Positions 1-14,462 of a stretch of DNA of 64,000 nt are shown piece by piece (the stretch's first letter is position 1; every line of letters begins with the position of its first letter). Where the stretch lies: assembly GCF_009914755.1 (NCBI RefSeq), contig NC_060931.1, one strand, 5' to 3'. The stretch is from the human T2T-CHM13v2.0 reference genome, Homo sapiens. Below the pieces are notes generated by a model. That model made no database searches, was not told where the DNA came from, and saw only the letters and a list, made by a program, of their open reading frames with translations. Position numbers and translations under genes: made by a program.

Positions 1-51
1 AGGTTCTAGATGAGAGCTTCCTCGTGCTGATTAATGACTTGCTGGCATCAG
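1..51 (+). CDS. DNAH11: Axonemal dynein heavy chain, exon 1 of window (5'-truncated), AAA4 region
   Basis: Frame from nt 3 reads VLDESFLVLINDLLAS+G; donor G|GTGATT at 51/52 (phase 1); joins the next exon to give the dynein AAA4 motif INDLLASGEIPDLF. Confidence 0.9.
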
Positions 52-471
52 GTGATTAAACCAACACATTTCTCGAAAGATCTTCCCCAATGACAAATTA
101 TCTGTAGTTTCAGTGAACTTTAAAGAGAGAGAATTCGTCTTTGAGATGTTTGCTGGGCAGTCTTTGGGGAGAAACCTATAAACCTAACTAATTTGAGGTG
201 TATTGCTTTCTTAGTCTGTTTATGGATGAGAAGGCCTTCAGTGAAGTAAATGTTATTCTTACACGTACGGGTGTAGAGGGTGTGTTCACCATGGCTCGTC
301 TTCAACGTGTTGTATGTCTCGTAAATAAAAAAGAAACATGACGTTTCTGATTTTAAACTCTTACCATTTATGCTGAACTTTGTCTTGTAAAACATTTCAA
401 ACGTTTAAAAGTTATATGTAAAATTTAAATTGCAATGATCTTTTAGTAATTCTACTCATTCTTTGGGGCAG

Positions 472-614
472 GAGAAATCCCAGATCTGTTCAGCGATGAA
501 GATGTGGACAAGATAATTTCTGGAATTCATAATGAAGTTCATGCTCTGGGCATGGTAGACTCCAGGGAAAACTGTTGGAAATTCTTTATGGCCAGGGTGC
601 GACTACAGCTCAAA
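472..614 (+). CDS. DNAH11: Dynein heavy chain exon 2 (143 nt), AAA4
   Basis: Acceptor GGGGCAG|GA; encodes (G)[47 protein letters not shown]; donor AAA|GTAAGA. Confidence 0.95.
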
Positions 615-1291
615 GTAAGAAATACTTGCTTAATTTGCATGTTAGTTAAAACCTGCTATTGCAACTCTCTGGTTCTATTCTGAGTTTTTTATTATGAGTT
701 TGAATTTCAGTCATGCATTTTGAAAGGACGTGTGCATTTTTACACGCCTGTATCTGGAGCGTACCTTCCTAAAGTGTCCCATGATGCTGGGCTCCTGCAA
801 AGCATTGCTGAGCGGTGTGTGCAGTCCTCAGCTGAAGTGCATGTGGTCTGTGCCATTGAGGAACTTACACTATTGTAGAACACAGGAGACATCACAAATA
901 ATTATCATACAGTATAAATATAAACAGTGCTGTGGGATTGCAGAGGAGCGCAGCATCCTTCCTCACTGGAGCTGGTCATCCTGGAGGAAATGATGGGCCA
1001 CGTGTTTAGCATGGAGAAGAATTCAAGGGGAGGAACTTTCAGGGACGGGAAATGGCATTTATATAAAGGTCAACTGCACGGTACGGATTTGCAGAAACCC
1101 AGATTACCTCTAAAGGCCTGGAACATAGAGTTCTTATAGGGAGAGTGAGATCAGTAAATCTGGAAAAGTAAATTGGAAGAGATAAGAGGTTTCTAAATCA
1201 TGAAGTGAGTAGTGAGGAGAGTTTTGAATTAAGAAAGTGATGATGATGTCAGTGACTTCAGGGAAAGGAATTTAGAAGTAACACTCAGATG

Positions 1292-1611
<320 letters not shown>

Positions 1612-2239
1612 TTACCCCAGTGTTCTTCCTCATTGGCTGCTCTGTGCTATAGTGTATCACATAGGCAGATAATATAACCAGATAATAGATCAGTAAAGGT
1701 CAAGTATCACAAGAAAACAGGGAGAGCCTCCAAACTCATCAGGAAGCCAATTTAAGAATGCTGCTAGGGAAAATTCAGGCTTTCTAGTATGGAAACTAGG
1801 AAAGCTGCTACTTTACTGTTGCTTCTCATATTGTTATGCCTGTCAAGTTAGTGGCAGGCTGCGGCGGCTATAGAGCTGGAGTATTTAAGGATAGGAGACG
1901 GGTACTGGCATTGGCCCTGAATATGCCTTAGATTGGAGGTTAAGGAGCAGAGTCATTAAGTTTCTCCAACATTCTGCTATTTCAAGTTTCACGTTAATCT
2001 TACTGAGCAATTCTAGGTTAGAAGGTTAGAACTTAAGATTCAGTTGCCCAAAGAGCTTTTTCTCCATCAAAAATAGGACTAAGAATACATTTGTCAGGTA
2101 GTAACAAGGCCAGGGATTTCTTCCTGTTCCATGGTGATATACTAGGATCAAATTTTCTTTATAGAATGGGAAAACAAGTACAGTGTTAGAATTTGAGGTA
2201 GTAATAGTATAAATCAATGATTATCGTAATCTGTTGCTC

Positions 2240-2400
2240 AGAGCTGCAGAATCAACATCAACAAGCAACTTTTTAAAAATGCATTTTCTCCAACTCCAAG
2301 CCAGACCTCCTGAAGCAGAAACTTTGGGTGGCCCCAGAAATCTGTCTTAACAAGGCCTCCAAGTGATTCAGAGGCATGATGAAATTTAAGAGCCATTGTT
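2240..2400. mobile_element. MER5A-like hAT-Charlie MITE
   Basis: CAGAATCA...CAGACCTCCTGAAGCAGAAACT...CCCAGAAATCTG...TTAACAAG...TGATTC resembles the MER5A consensus. Confidence 0.7.
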
Positions 2401-2935
2401 ATAAATAGTGCTAGAATGAGCATTGTTTGTGTATATCTTTCATGCTCAACTTTGCTTGCTTCTACAGGATAAATTCCTAGAATGGATATTGCTAGATTCA
2501 GTAGTTACAGCTTGTGGTAGTTTTAAAACATGCCTTCAAATTTTTAGATGCTCTTCTTACTTACAGGTGACATCTAGATCCCCTCTTCTTGAATTTGGGT
2601 GGGTAGCTTGTGACTGCTTCAGCTAATATCCAGTATGGCAGAGGTGATGCTGAGCAACAACTAAGGCTGAGTCATAAAGGGCTCACTTTTCTATTGGATT
2701 GTACATATTTTTGTAAGAGTTCTATGTATTTAGGCAATTATTCTTATATATGTGTCTCATGTATATTTTTCCTATTCTTTTGTTTGTCTTTTAAATGTAC
2801 TTATGGCACATGTTTGTTTATAGGTCTGTAACTTTCCAATTTTTTAAAGGTTTACATGTTAATCAGTGTTTTCCTTAATGGATCCTCAGATCCATTTCTT
2901 GTAAATTTAGAAAAGTATTTTACTCTTCAAGATAA

Positions 2936-3245
<310 letters not shown>

Positions 3246-3699
3246 CAAGATAATCTTTACTAGAAGCAGTCGGAACTCAAATTGAGCTACAGTAAGAGAA
3301 AACTCAACAGTTTCTTAAAGCCTCTCACAATAGCAAGTCCAGACTGGCTCAGTATTACCCTTAGAGGCCCTTTAGAAGAGATGCTTGTCTCATCTTTCCC
3401 TTCTGCCTGCTTTCATCGTGATGCCTCTTGCCTCCTGATCACAGGTGGGTGCAGTATGTTCATGTTCCAGGCAGGGGGAAGGAAGGGGAAGAGGACCTGG
3501 AGACTCTGTACCAGGAAACCTAAGCTCCTCCCCCAAACCCTAAGCTCATGTCTTACTGGCCGCAAATGCTTCCCATGCTGCCTCCGGCTACTAAGGAGTC
3601 TGAGGGAGTAAATATTTAATTTGGGGACATTGCCTTTATGAGTACAATTTGAAATGGATTTTGGAATAGTTTTAAAAAGGAGCAGTATCAGTCATTCCA

Positions 3700-6600
3700 G
3701 TGCCTATGTGCTTTCATGCTCTTTAAAACTTTTCTACCTCTGAAATACATTTTTTATTAAATACGGTAAAGTGTGAGCTGAGAGGTTTCAGGTTATTTTT
3801 CCCAAAAAGATGTCTTCTTGTCTAAACAACATGTATTTCTTCCTTATCAGCTTCAAATACCATCTTTAGTGTATGTCCAATAGCCATATTAATTGTGTCT
3901 GTTTCTAAATTCTCTGTTCTCTTTTCTTGTTAACTGTCTGCTACTGATTTCAGCATTGCACTATAAATTAGTAAAGCTTTATCATTTATTTTCATTTCCA
4001 ATTGCTCTTTCTTGTTAAGCTTTTTCTACTTATTCTCCTGTGTTTATATGTTTGGATAAGGATTAGCATCATTTTGTCAAATTCTAAACACACTCCATGT
4101 CAATTTTGATCGAAATCATGCTGAATGCTTATTTTATATTAGAATTTAATCTTCAGGGTACAATGTCTTTTATTGCTTTTATAGAAGGATTTCGTAAAGT
4201 TTTGTAACGGTGTATTATTTGTATATAGGAGAGCTGTTGATTTTTAACTTTATAAACAGCTACCTTACTGTCTCTCTTATAGTTTATAATAGTTGGTTGA
4301 TATCATATAGCCTGCAGGTAAAGATATTTTGTCTCTCCTGTTATTCTGTTTTTCTGTTCTCCTCCCTCATTGCATTGGTAAATATTACAGAACATTAAAT
4401 AATTTTGATAATAGTAGGAATTCTGTCTTGATTCTTACTTTAATGGGGATGTGTCTAATGTTTCACTGTTAGGTCTTATGTTGGCTTTTGATTCAGAATA
4501 TGTATCTTGTCAAAGAAGTATCTACCTAGTAAATTCATTTTCAGGATCTATTGAGATATGTATATGTTTTTCTCCCTTGGACTTACTAATATTCATATAA
4601 TACAGAATGATATACAGAAGTTTTACATTTTTATATTTTTATATCCATCAGCCTTTTTCTTTGTTTCCTTTGGGTCTGTGTGTAGGCAGACCTTACTGAA
4701 ACTGAGATCAGTTTTATATTCATCTCTATTGTTGTCTAATCCTTTTTATGGTCTCATTTTTTATTTAACTCAATACAAGATGGAATTTATTTTTGAGTTA
4801 GATGTGGATAATTTCCCCCCCCACCCCATCATCACAGGACTATTAATTGAATGACCTGTCTCTTCCCTACTAAAATGAGTAGGAAGTTGGTTTTTTTTGT
4901 TTTTGTTTTGTGCTGTTTTGTTTTTAACATCAAGTAGAAATAGGATATCTCTGTCAGAAGGGATCCCACTTCTGATCCCCTTTGGCCTTGTCACTCAGTT
5001 TGATCCACCCTGTGGAAGGCTAATGGTCAGCACCATGACCTCTTTACCTTGAGGGAGAAATATTACGGTAAAAAATGGGCAGTCTTTTAGCCTGAAAATA
5101 CCAGCTTCTTTCTTTTAATTTATGTATGTTACCCCCACATCCTTGGAATTTTAAAGAATTCCAAATTGCTCTATGTTATTTTCAGATATCATGATATTCA
5201 CCAGTGTGTACTAAAGACTCAGAATTTCTGATGAGCTGATATCTCCTTTGCATAAGTTCCAAACCAGGCATCATGGAAAGCTTAATGTGTTACAGGGGGT
5301 TGGTGAACACACCTGGCAGGTCGAGCTAAATGATGTGAAGTTGCCACCCCATTACCCATGCTCACCGCCCAAAGTCAGTTCCCACTTGGAATGCAGAGAC
5401 AATGAGAACCTGTTGGCATGCAAAATGTGACCTCTGAATGCCAGAGGGCAGTTCCCATTAACAACCATCAGATGTGTGTCCTTGGATTGCCTCAAATAAG
5501 GCAATGAATAGCAATGCCAAATGCCTTCTCTCCTTCACATTTGTCTATATGCATCTTTTCCCACACAGTTCTCATCTTGCAGCTCGAATATAGAACTTTC
5601 ATCTCCTCTCCAGTGGACCTTAGTTCACCCAATAATTTTTCTTTCTTACTTTCCTTCCTGGCCATATGATGCTGTAGGGCAAAGGACACTTGATTTATGT
5701 AGCAGCCCCTGATTCCATCCCAAGATTTTAGATATTTGCCTCATTATCTTTCTAAGTATATATATATATAGTTATCCATTTCTGATAATTTAAAAAATAT
5801 GTGTTCATTGGAGAGAATTTAAAAATACAAAACAATGTAAAAAATATTTTTAAATTACCCTTAATAATATTGTCTGGAGATAACATATTGGTATCTTTCC
5901 TCTCAGTCTTCTATGTGCACATAAACATGAAGTATATATTCAGAACTAAAAAATTTCTATTTACCTCTCACGCAGTCTTCTTTAATTACCTTCCCATTTG
6001 TCTTTCTGATTAGAAGGCTCCCATAGGAGGTAAAAATCAAATGATCAAGAATTTGGTGTATGGAATGAACTATTTAATTGAAATATACTTTATTCTAAAT
6101 AACTATTTGTAGAAAATGTCCTTTATCCACTTATAGCTTTTTCCAAATTTCCTGTTGGTTTGCTGTAACTTCTTATTGTTGGTTATAGGAGCACTTTATA
6201 TAATCGATGTTATTTATATGTCCAGAATGTTCTGGTTTTAGGTGTTTCCAGTTTTAATTTATCATAATTCTGCTAACTTTATGATGACCTCCTGTTTTAC
6301 ATTCATATTTATTAAAAATGTTAAATTTTTATTTTATGGCTTTCATGTGTTAAGGCTTTTTTAGGAAGCAATTTTTGCACTCCATGGTTATAAAAACTAT
6401 TATTCTGAATTTTCTTTAAATTAATTTATAATATTTTTAATGTTCAGCCATACAGTTTTGTGTAAATTATAAGATGGCTTTCCTACTGTTCCACCCCTGA
6501 ATACCCTCAACACCGTTTATTATATAATCTCTCTTTTATCACTGATTTGAAATGATGTTTATCTCATATATTAAATGCCTAAATATATAAGATTCTATTT

Positions 6601-7650
6601 GGGGCTGTCTGTTATGTCCCATTAATTTGTTCCTGCATAATTGCCACACTGCATAATAAACACAGATAATTGGTGTGTTTATTATAGCCCTATAGTATAT
6701 TCTGGAATCTAGTAGAGCAAGATCACCTTCCTTTTCTACATTTACTTAGTTATTTGCACCTTTAATTTCCTGGATTAACTATGAAATCAGTTTGATGACT
6801 TTTTAAAAAATTCAATGAAAATTGAATTTAGGGGATAATGGATATAATTACAATATTGAGTATTTTTGTTCATTCACCTACACTGTTTTCCTTGTTATAA
6901 TTTAAGGTTTTTTCTTGATAGTGTGAGTTCTTTCCCAAAACAAAGGATATTTTTCCAGATATCCTTTGATTTTCTTACTCGTTTTTATTCTGGCTGAACT
7001 TTAAAATCACTTTGCTAAATTCTGCTAATCCTGTTGGGAATTATTAGAATCGCCTAAAATTTGTTAATGAATGTGGGAAGAATTAGCATCTTTATAATAA
7101 TTGACCTCTTCCGGGAATGTGGCACGTGTCTTCCTTTAGTCAAAGTGTCTTTAACTGAGCTTTGAAAAAGCAGTTAATTATCTTCAATTCATTTTACACA
7201 TTTCTCATTAAGTTCTTTTCTCAATATTTTACAGCATTTTCCACTCCTGCCAAATTTCTAACTGATCATTGTGGACATAAAAGAAAGCCATTGGATGGAG
7301 GGAAGGAGGAATGGATGGATATTTAGTTATGTATTTTACCAACCAATTCAGTGCACACATTAATTCCACTAGCTTCTGCATTTTGTTCTTTAGAGTTTGC
7401 TGCGTAGACAGATCATCTTTTGATTTTTAATCCTTTATAATAATCACCACTTTCCTACATCTTGGGACAGCCATACTTTCTGAACAACATTTAAAACTTT
7501 TAAGTAACTATAGTGATCCTCTTTATTCATTTATTTATTTATGCAATGGGAATGCCATTAACTTTCCATCATTGAGTATGGGATGAAATGTTGGCCTGAG
7601 GTATTTTAAATATTATTTTTTTAGGAAAAGGTGTTGCAGTTTATCCTATC
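3700..7650 (-). mobile_element. Patchwork of highly diverged antisense L1 (L1ME-like) fragments
   Basis: T-rich sequence with degenerate L1 ORF2 antisense motifs (e.g. TTTAATGGGGATGTGTCTAATGTTTCACTGTT near 4440, GGATATAATTACAATATTGAGT near 6841); boundaries rough and coverage discontinuous. Confidence 0.5.
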
Positions 7651-8664
7651 CGTTTTTATTTAAACCCCCTTCTTTTACCTTCTTTCTTCATCTTGGCCTG
7701 TTCTCTGACTATGGATTTCTATTATTTTCTTTCCTTCCAGCCTTTTGAGAGTGCTATGCAAGTTTTTATTCCTTTCTTCAGGTTCTTATATTAAATCAAC
7801 TTCGGAGGAATTATCTGCCTTTCAATCTGCAGGATGCTTTTCTATTTTTCTTGGTTTTGTAAAGTATTTCTTCCTCTGGCTCCACTTAGGTTTCTTTCCT
7901 CTTTGCACGTAGAGACAGTAATTCACAGCTAAAGTCTGGCGACAGACAAGGTGGGTGATTTCCTCCTGGCTCACACAGCGTCATGTGCAGGGACCTGAGA
8001 CTCTCAACAAAAAATGTCAAGCACCACTTGTATGCAAGCAACAGATTAACAGACACACACATGACATAAGCCAAAAAACTTAGTGGTAACGCAAGTAATT
8101 TTCAGGGTATGTTTCTCATTTTGTGTAAAAGCTCAACTACTCACCTGGCCAGTGGAAAATCAGATATCGCAGAACCTTATCCTTGCAAGATTGTAAAGTC
8201 GAGTCTCTTCAAACCTACCTCTGGCTGAGGAGCAGAACGTTTGGCTTCTTTCTCTTATGCAGATAGCCATCTCGACGGCTTCATCCATGAGAGAGGCACT
8301 CTTCACCCCTCCTGCAGCACATTCTGACACATGCACTAATGAGAAACAAGAAACACTCTAACAACTGGCTTGCCCAGCACTGGTTCCAGAGCTCTGTAAG
8401 TCTCTATGCTGCCAACTGTGTTTTGCTTTGCAGGACCACATCGCTCTGGATACAGTGCTCTAGTCTCTGTCCTCCATTTTCTGTTATTATTTGACATAAG
8501 TAGAATGAAAAGAACTTTAGAGAAAGACAAAAGGTGCAACCTTGTACTCTGTATCTGAGGTTTACCCTCTTTGAGATTAGATAAAACAGCAAAACCTCAA
8601 AAGAATTAGGATACAAATATCAATGTTTTATTTTACCCAGAAAAGTTTTTTTCAAACTGCTGTA

Positions 8665-8950
8665 TATTTACTCATTCATGTAGCCATTCATCACTCAGCA
8701 AATATGTACTGAGTGCCCGTGATGTGCTGAGTCCTTGGAATGTGACAGGGAGCAAAGGCCAACCCAGCCACTGCCCACCTAGAGCCACCTCATTCAATCC
8801 AATAATCACACACAAAAAGTAAAATCACAACGATGTACTTGAGAGATAAAGGTTATGTAAGATAGCAGAAGACAGGGCAAGAAAGATATCACGAAAAAGT
8901 AATGATCAAGAAGAGAATTCCAAAGAGTGAGTAGAAGTCTTTCCATTATT
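8665..8950 (-). mobile_element. L2 3' fragment
   Basis: ATTCATCACTCAGCAAATATGTACTGAGTGCC resembles the reverse of the L2 3' terminus. Confidence 0.6.
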
Positions 8951-11782
8951 TTATATTGTAAAAGAAAATTTTTGCAGCAGAAATCCAGTGCTTAATCCCT
9001 TGAGTAAGAACATCACTGTACGTTGAATAGCCTTTGCATTTTGGAAAGCATGTCGTGCTTTTCTCATTTTGCTAGCATTCAGCTGTGGGGTTTGCTGGTA
9101 GAGTCTGAGGCCTGTTCTTGCAATGGTGCATGTGTGTAGAGTTATCCCATTGCGTCAGCAGAAACACCATCTACTCTAACAGAGCAGCGCTGATCAGAAG
9201 CCAGAAACTTGGCATGACACAATTCGAATACGGGGCTATCCAGAAGAAAGAAAAATAGGCATCTGATTTTCTTTAAAAACAAAACAAAACTTATACGTTG
9301 TTATGGGGCTAGAGACTGGCTTGGAACGCAGTCTGTGACCAGTGCAGGCCCTGGTGACAAGCATGGCAGCTGAGACGAGGGCTCTGCTTCCTGTCTTTCC
9401 CCTCAGGAATAGGTTTGCTCTTTGCTATCTATTGGGATTCCACACACAATTTTCTTCTTGAATAGGAGAGTTTTGTTCAGAAAAAGAAAGAAAAATTAAC
9501 TAAAACTCGCTGATGTCAAACATTACCTCTAGCAAAAATCTGTGATGTCCAATATTTACACAAGTCAAAGGTTATGGGAATGAGTTTATTGTGTGCTATC
9601 TAAAAGGGAAATAAATAAGAAAATGTACTGAGTGTGCACATGTTGAAGCTATTGGATCTTTTAAAAACAAATTGAAATTGAAAGGTAATTAGATGGGGTG
9701 GTAATACAGGAAGATACGAGGACGATGATAAAGTGACACCGAAGCAGTCAAACCTGGGAAGGTTTTCTGCACTAAACCTCCATTCCTGCGAGGGTTTCCT
9801 CAGGTTTAGACTTGATTATTCTTGAAAAATACTGAGGCTTTTGAGGATAAATGCAAATGTAAGTGATGGATGGAAGCTTCTGAAGTAAATATGTAGGAGG
9901 GTTACTACCATCTGAGAATAAACTATATCAACTGGAAAAAAAATACAGAGTGACTGTAGCAATTCACATTTTCATTACCAGATGAAATGGACTGAGCCCT
10001 GTTAGTAATATACAAATAAATATGTACTTACGATGAGATCTTATCTAAAAGAAACGAAAACATATTACAAAGCACAGGGAAAAGTGGACTCCTGCAAATG
10101 AGTCATAACACCTGTGTGGGCAAAAGAAAAAAAGAATAGAAAATTCTATGGTATGAATTCCAAAAGCAAGTTCCTGACATCCAAATGTGAGAGCTGCAGG
10201 AAGTACGTAGATGGTGATTTCTGGGTTTGCTTTTTACTTGTGAGAATTTGAGAAAAGAGCACAGCTGCCAGAGGCGTTTTTAACTTTATTTTTTCACGGA
10301 CTTTCTAATCCCACTGTTGGAAACTAACTTAAGCCAATTTGCTCACTTGCAATTGTCAAGAACTTTCTGGTGGGGGTGGGAGGAGAAGGGAGGGTGTAGT
10401 TCAGTGAATTTAGGTACTTCGAGGTAGATGACATCTGTTGAGTGAGGGAGAGGGCTTTTTCCCCAAATGTCCCAACTCAAGGTATGCTTCCAAGAAAGGA
10501 TGTCTCAGACTGAAGCCTCCTACAGAGAGTTGATTGGTGATAATAAGGAGACGCACACACCAAGCCTTACAACCTGCTCTATAGATGAGTTTAGTGTAAT
10601 CCCAGCTCTGTTCTTTTGGGGACCCGACTTGCCCATCCTTGGAAGGTTTCTTTGGGGCACATGTGGCAATATTTCCATGGAAGGATTCAGCTGACCTCGT
10701 AATCACATCAAAAGACTAGACTCTTAATAAGCATTTTACCACATGACTGGTCAAGTTCCAAAATCCCAAGGGCCACTGCCCCAAATGTAATTACTGAGAT
10801 ACCTTGATACTTAGATTTTGAAATTTTGTTCATACGTTGGCAGAGCTATGCACACATTTTTGATGGGGGAGGTTTTGCTTCATATATCTTGAGCACTACT
10901 TATTTCATCAGTGAAAAATCATGTCTACCATCCATGATGCTGCCTAACCAACCATTTATGTTGATGAGAGAAGTAGTTGGCTAAGAGCTTCTGGTAGCTG
11001 TATCTGCAGTGTGGGCTTCCATTAGAGTCCATGAAATGCTGGTTAGCCACCTTCCCACCAGTCTGTGTAGCCCTTATTGGTGTATTCCAGATATTAACCA
11101 ACAGCCCCTAAGGTGTAAAATAAAATGACTATTCACGTGCATATTATACTAGTAATTAAATTATAGACAATATAACACCCTTTTAAAATGATTTATTTTG
11201 TTTTTATTTCTTATAAGCCCTTTGCTATATTAAGCTTTCATTAAATTATGGGAAATATAATGGGAAAATTATTTGGAATGATTTTTCCCTCACAGTAATG
11301 TTCCTTGTGACAACTGGGGTTTACTTCAGGTTATCTGTAAAGTCGTGTAAACTGTCTTAGAAAAGAGCAGAATAACCAACGGTTTCCAGACATTACCATG
11401 GGTTTCTGGAAAAATCTCACATGACACCACTAGCAAGGAAAGCTGGATGGCAGGAGAAATTTTATGCTCAATTTTTAGCAAAACTAGAAATTATTGAGCA
11501 GTGAATTGGGTCAATAACTGCACTTTCAAGGCTAGCGTGACACTCCCCTTTCCCTTCAAAAGAATTACTAATGAACAAGTATATGTCTATAATTTAATTC
11601 CCAGAGTCTGGTTTAGCTGATAGAATTTAGATTACATATAATTATTTATTTAAAATTCTCTAAAGTTTTCATCTTACTCTGTGTGTAGAGACCTAGATTC
11701 TACGCGTATTTAACAAACTGCAAAAACATTGGAAAAGTCTATGTTTCATTTAAGTATCGCTGTAGACAATTTAAAACTATTA

Positions 11783-11930
11783 GGCTATCACTGTGGGTGT
11801 CAGAATCACCTTAGAGTGTTTGCTTAAAGCACGCATTGCTGAGTCCCACCTCCAGAGTTTCTGATTATTTATGTCTGGAGTTGGTCCAAGGATTTGCATT
11901 TCCAACCAGCTCCTAGACAGTTCTTTGACA
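11783..11930. mobile_element. MER5A-like MITE
   Basis: CAGAATCACCT...TTAAAGCAC...CCCACCTCCAGAGTTTCTGATT...ATTTGCATTTCCAAC. Confidence 0.7.
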
Positions 11931-12110
11931 ACAACTGGTCTCCATGCCACCCTCCCAGGCCCACTCACAATATGAAATTTTACATAGTGTTGTGAGGATC
12001 CTTATTTAAGCAACAATACATCACATGGGAGAAAATATCTTCAATCATAAAATTGTAGAAAAGAATAATGGTTCTCTAAGTGACCATTCTGTATTATTTT
12101 TCAATAAATA

Positions 12111-12472
12111 ATTAGTCCATTCTCACACTGCTATAAAGAAATGCCCGAGACTGGATAATTTATAAAGGAAAGAGGTTTAATTGACTCACAGTTCCATATG
12201 GCTGGAGAGGCCTCAGGAAACTTATAATCATGGCAGAAGGGAAAGCAAGTACCTTCTTCAGATGGCCGCATCTGAAGTGCATGCAGGGGAAATGCCAGAT
12301 GCTTATAAAACCATCATATCTCATGAGAACTCCCTATCATGAGAACAGCATGGGGGAAACCACCCCCATGCTCCAGTCGCCTCCCAGTTGGTCCCTCCCT
12401 CGACACATGAGGATTATGGGGATTTCAACTCGAGATGAGATTTGGGTATGGACACAGAGGCAAACCATACCA
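12111..12472 (-). mobile_element. MaLR solo LTR (THE1/MSTA type)
   Basis: ATTAGTCCATTCTCACACTGCTATAAAG...GAGGTTTAATTGACTCACAGTTCC...GATGAGATTTGGGT...AAACCATACCA, about 360 bp. Confidence 0.9.
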
Positions 12473-12944
12473 ATAATGAGGCCTTATCACTCAAGTAACT
12501 CAGGGAAAGCATTTTTGCCTGAGGTTGAACAAATATGGTTCAGATACAGTATTTTCTAACACATTCCTAAGATTGGATACTATGCCAGTTACAAGTGTGG
12601 AAATAAGTGTAGAAGTGATGGAAATATTTGGGATCTTGTCAAATAAAAGATGCTTTTTTTCCTCTGCCTTTGCTAACATTATGTGTAAATGACATTTCTA
12701 AAATTGGCACAAATGACAGATGAGTTGGGTGTGGTAAACCAACTTCTTGGGAAGAAAGGAGAAATATTCAAGTATAAGGAGAAAGCTGATAAGAAACCCA
12801 AGAATTGAGATATAAGTAAAAACTATGCATTTTAACTAAGGCTTGTTAAGTTAGCACATGAAATATTACAGCAATTATTTCGTTTGTAACTAGAGTTTTA
12901 CATAATGAAAAAATGATTACTCAGCTTATGCAACATTAAAAAAT

Positions 12945-14462
12945 GTTAAACCACATGCAAAAAAATGAAATTGGACCTTGTCTTACAACCTATGGAAGAA
13001 TCAACTTGAAATAAATTAAAGACTTAAATATAGGGGAAATCTTCAGAAGATTCATCTTGGCAATGATTTCTTTGACATGACACCAAAAGCCAAGGAAACA
13101 AAAGCAACAACAGACAAGTGTACTACATCAAACTAAAAAGCTTCTATACAGCAAAGGAAAGGATCAACAGAATGAAAGACAACCTATGTGAAATGGGAGA
13201 AAATATTTGCCAGCTGTGTATTTGATAAGGAATTAATTCATTCACGTTTTAAAATCTGATTTTAAAATGGGCAAATGACTTACGTAGACATTTCTGTAAA
13301 GAAGACATACAAGGCCAGGTGCGGTGGCTCACGCCTGTAATCCCAGCACTTTGAGATGCTGAGGCAGGTGGATCACGAGGTCAGGAGTTTGACACCAGCC
13401 TGGCCAACATAGTAAAACCCTGTCTCTACTAAAAATACAAAAATTAGCCTGGCGTGGTGGCAAGTGTCTGTAGTCCCAGCTACTCAGGAGGCTGAGGCAG
13501 GAGAATCACTTGAACCCAGGAGGCAGAGGTTGCAGCGAGCCGAGATTGTGCCACTGCACTCCAGCCCGGGCAACAGAGCGAGACTGTCTCAAAAAAAAAA
13601 AAAAAAAAAAAAAGAAGAAAGAAAAAAAAAAAGACTTACAAATATCCAACAGGTATAGGAAAAGATACACAACATCACTAATCAGGGAAATGCAAATCAA
13701 AACCACAATGAAGCATCACCTCACATAGGTTAGGATAGTCATTATTTAAAAAAGCAAAAGCAGAAAATAATTGTTGGTGAGGCTGTGGAGAAATTGGAAC
13801 CCTTGTACACTATTGGTGGGAATGTAAAATGCTGCAACTACTATGGAAAACAGTATGGTGGTTCCTCAAAAAATTGAAAACAGAATTGCCATAAGATCCA
13901 GCAATCCCTCTTCTAGGTATATAGCCAAGGACATTGAAACCAGGATCTTGAAGAGATATCTACACTTTCATGTTCACTGCAGCGTTATTCACGATAGCTG
14001 AGATATGCAAGCAACTAAAATGTCCATCAACAGGCAACTAGATAATGTGCTATATATACATATACATATACATATATATACATATATATATATACACACA
14101 CAATGGAATATTTTCATCTATAAAACAAAATCCTGTCATATGTCAACATGGATGAACCTCGAGGACATCATGCTAAGTGAAATAAGCCAGTCACAGAAGG
14201 ACAATTACTATGTGATTCTGCTTATGCGCAGTATTGAGAGTAGTCAAACTCCTAGAAACAGAAAGTAGAATAGTGGTTACCAGGAGCTGGAGGGAGGGGA
14301 AATAGAGAGTTTCCATTCAATGGGTGTAGAGTTTCAGTAATGCAAGGTGAAAAAGTTCTAGAGATCTGCTGCACAGCGCTGGACTTACAGTTAACAATCC
14401 TGTATCGTACACTTAAAAATGTAAGAGGGTAGATCTCATGTTTTTTGACACAATAAAAGAAA
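12945..14462 (+). mobile_element. L1 3' portion (L1MA9/L1MB-like), interrupted by an Alu
   Basis: ORF2 C-terminal motif (SLIREMQIKTTM) and 3'UTR ending GGGTAGATCTCATG...ACAATAAAA; (TA)-rich tract at about 14050-14100. Confidence 0.88.
13313..13630 (+). mobile_element. Alu (AluSg-like) inserted in L1
   Basis: Full dimer with long A tail; degenerate TSD AAGACATACAA / AAGACTTACAA. Confidence 0.95.

Noticed and set aside
1-2. AG at nt 1-2 as a splice acceptor
   Set aside because: More likely the end of a CAG (Gln) codon inside an exon that starts before the window; upstream sequence is not visible.
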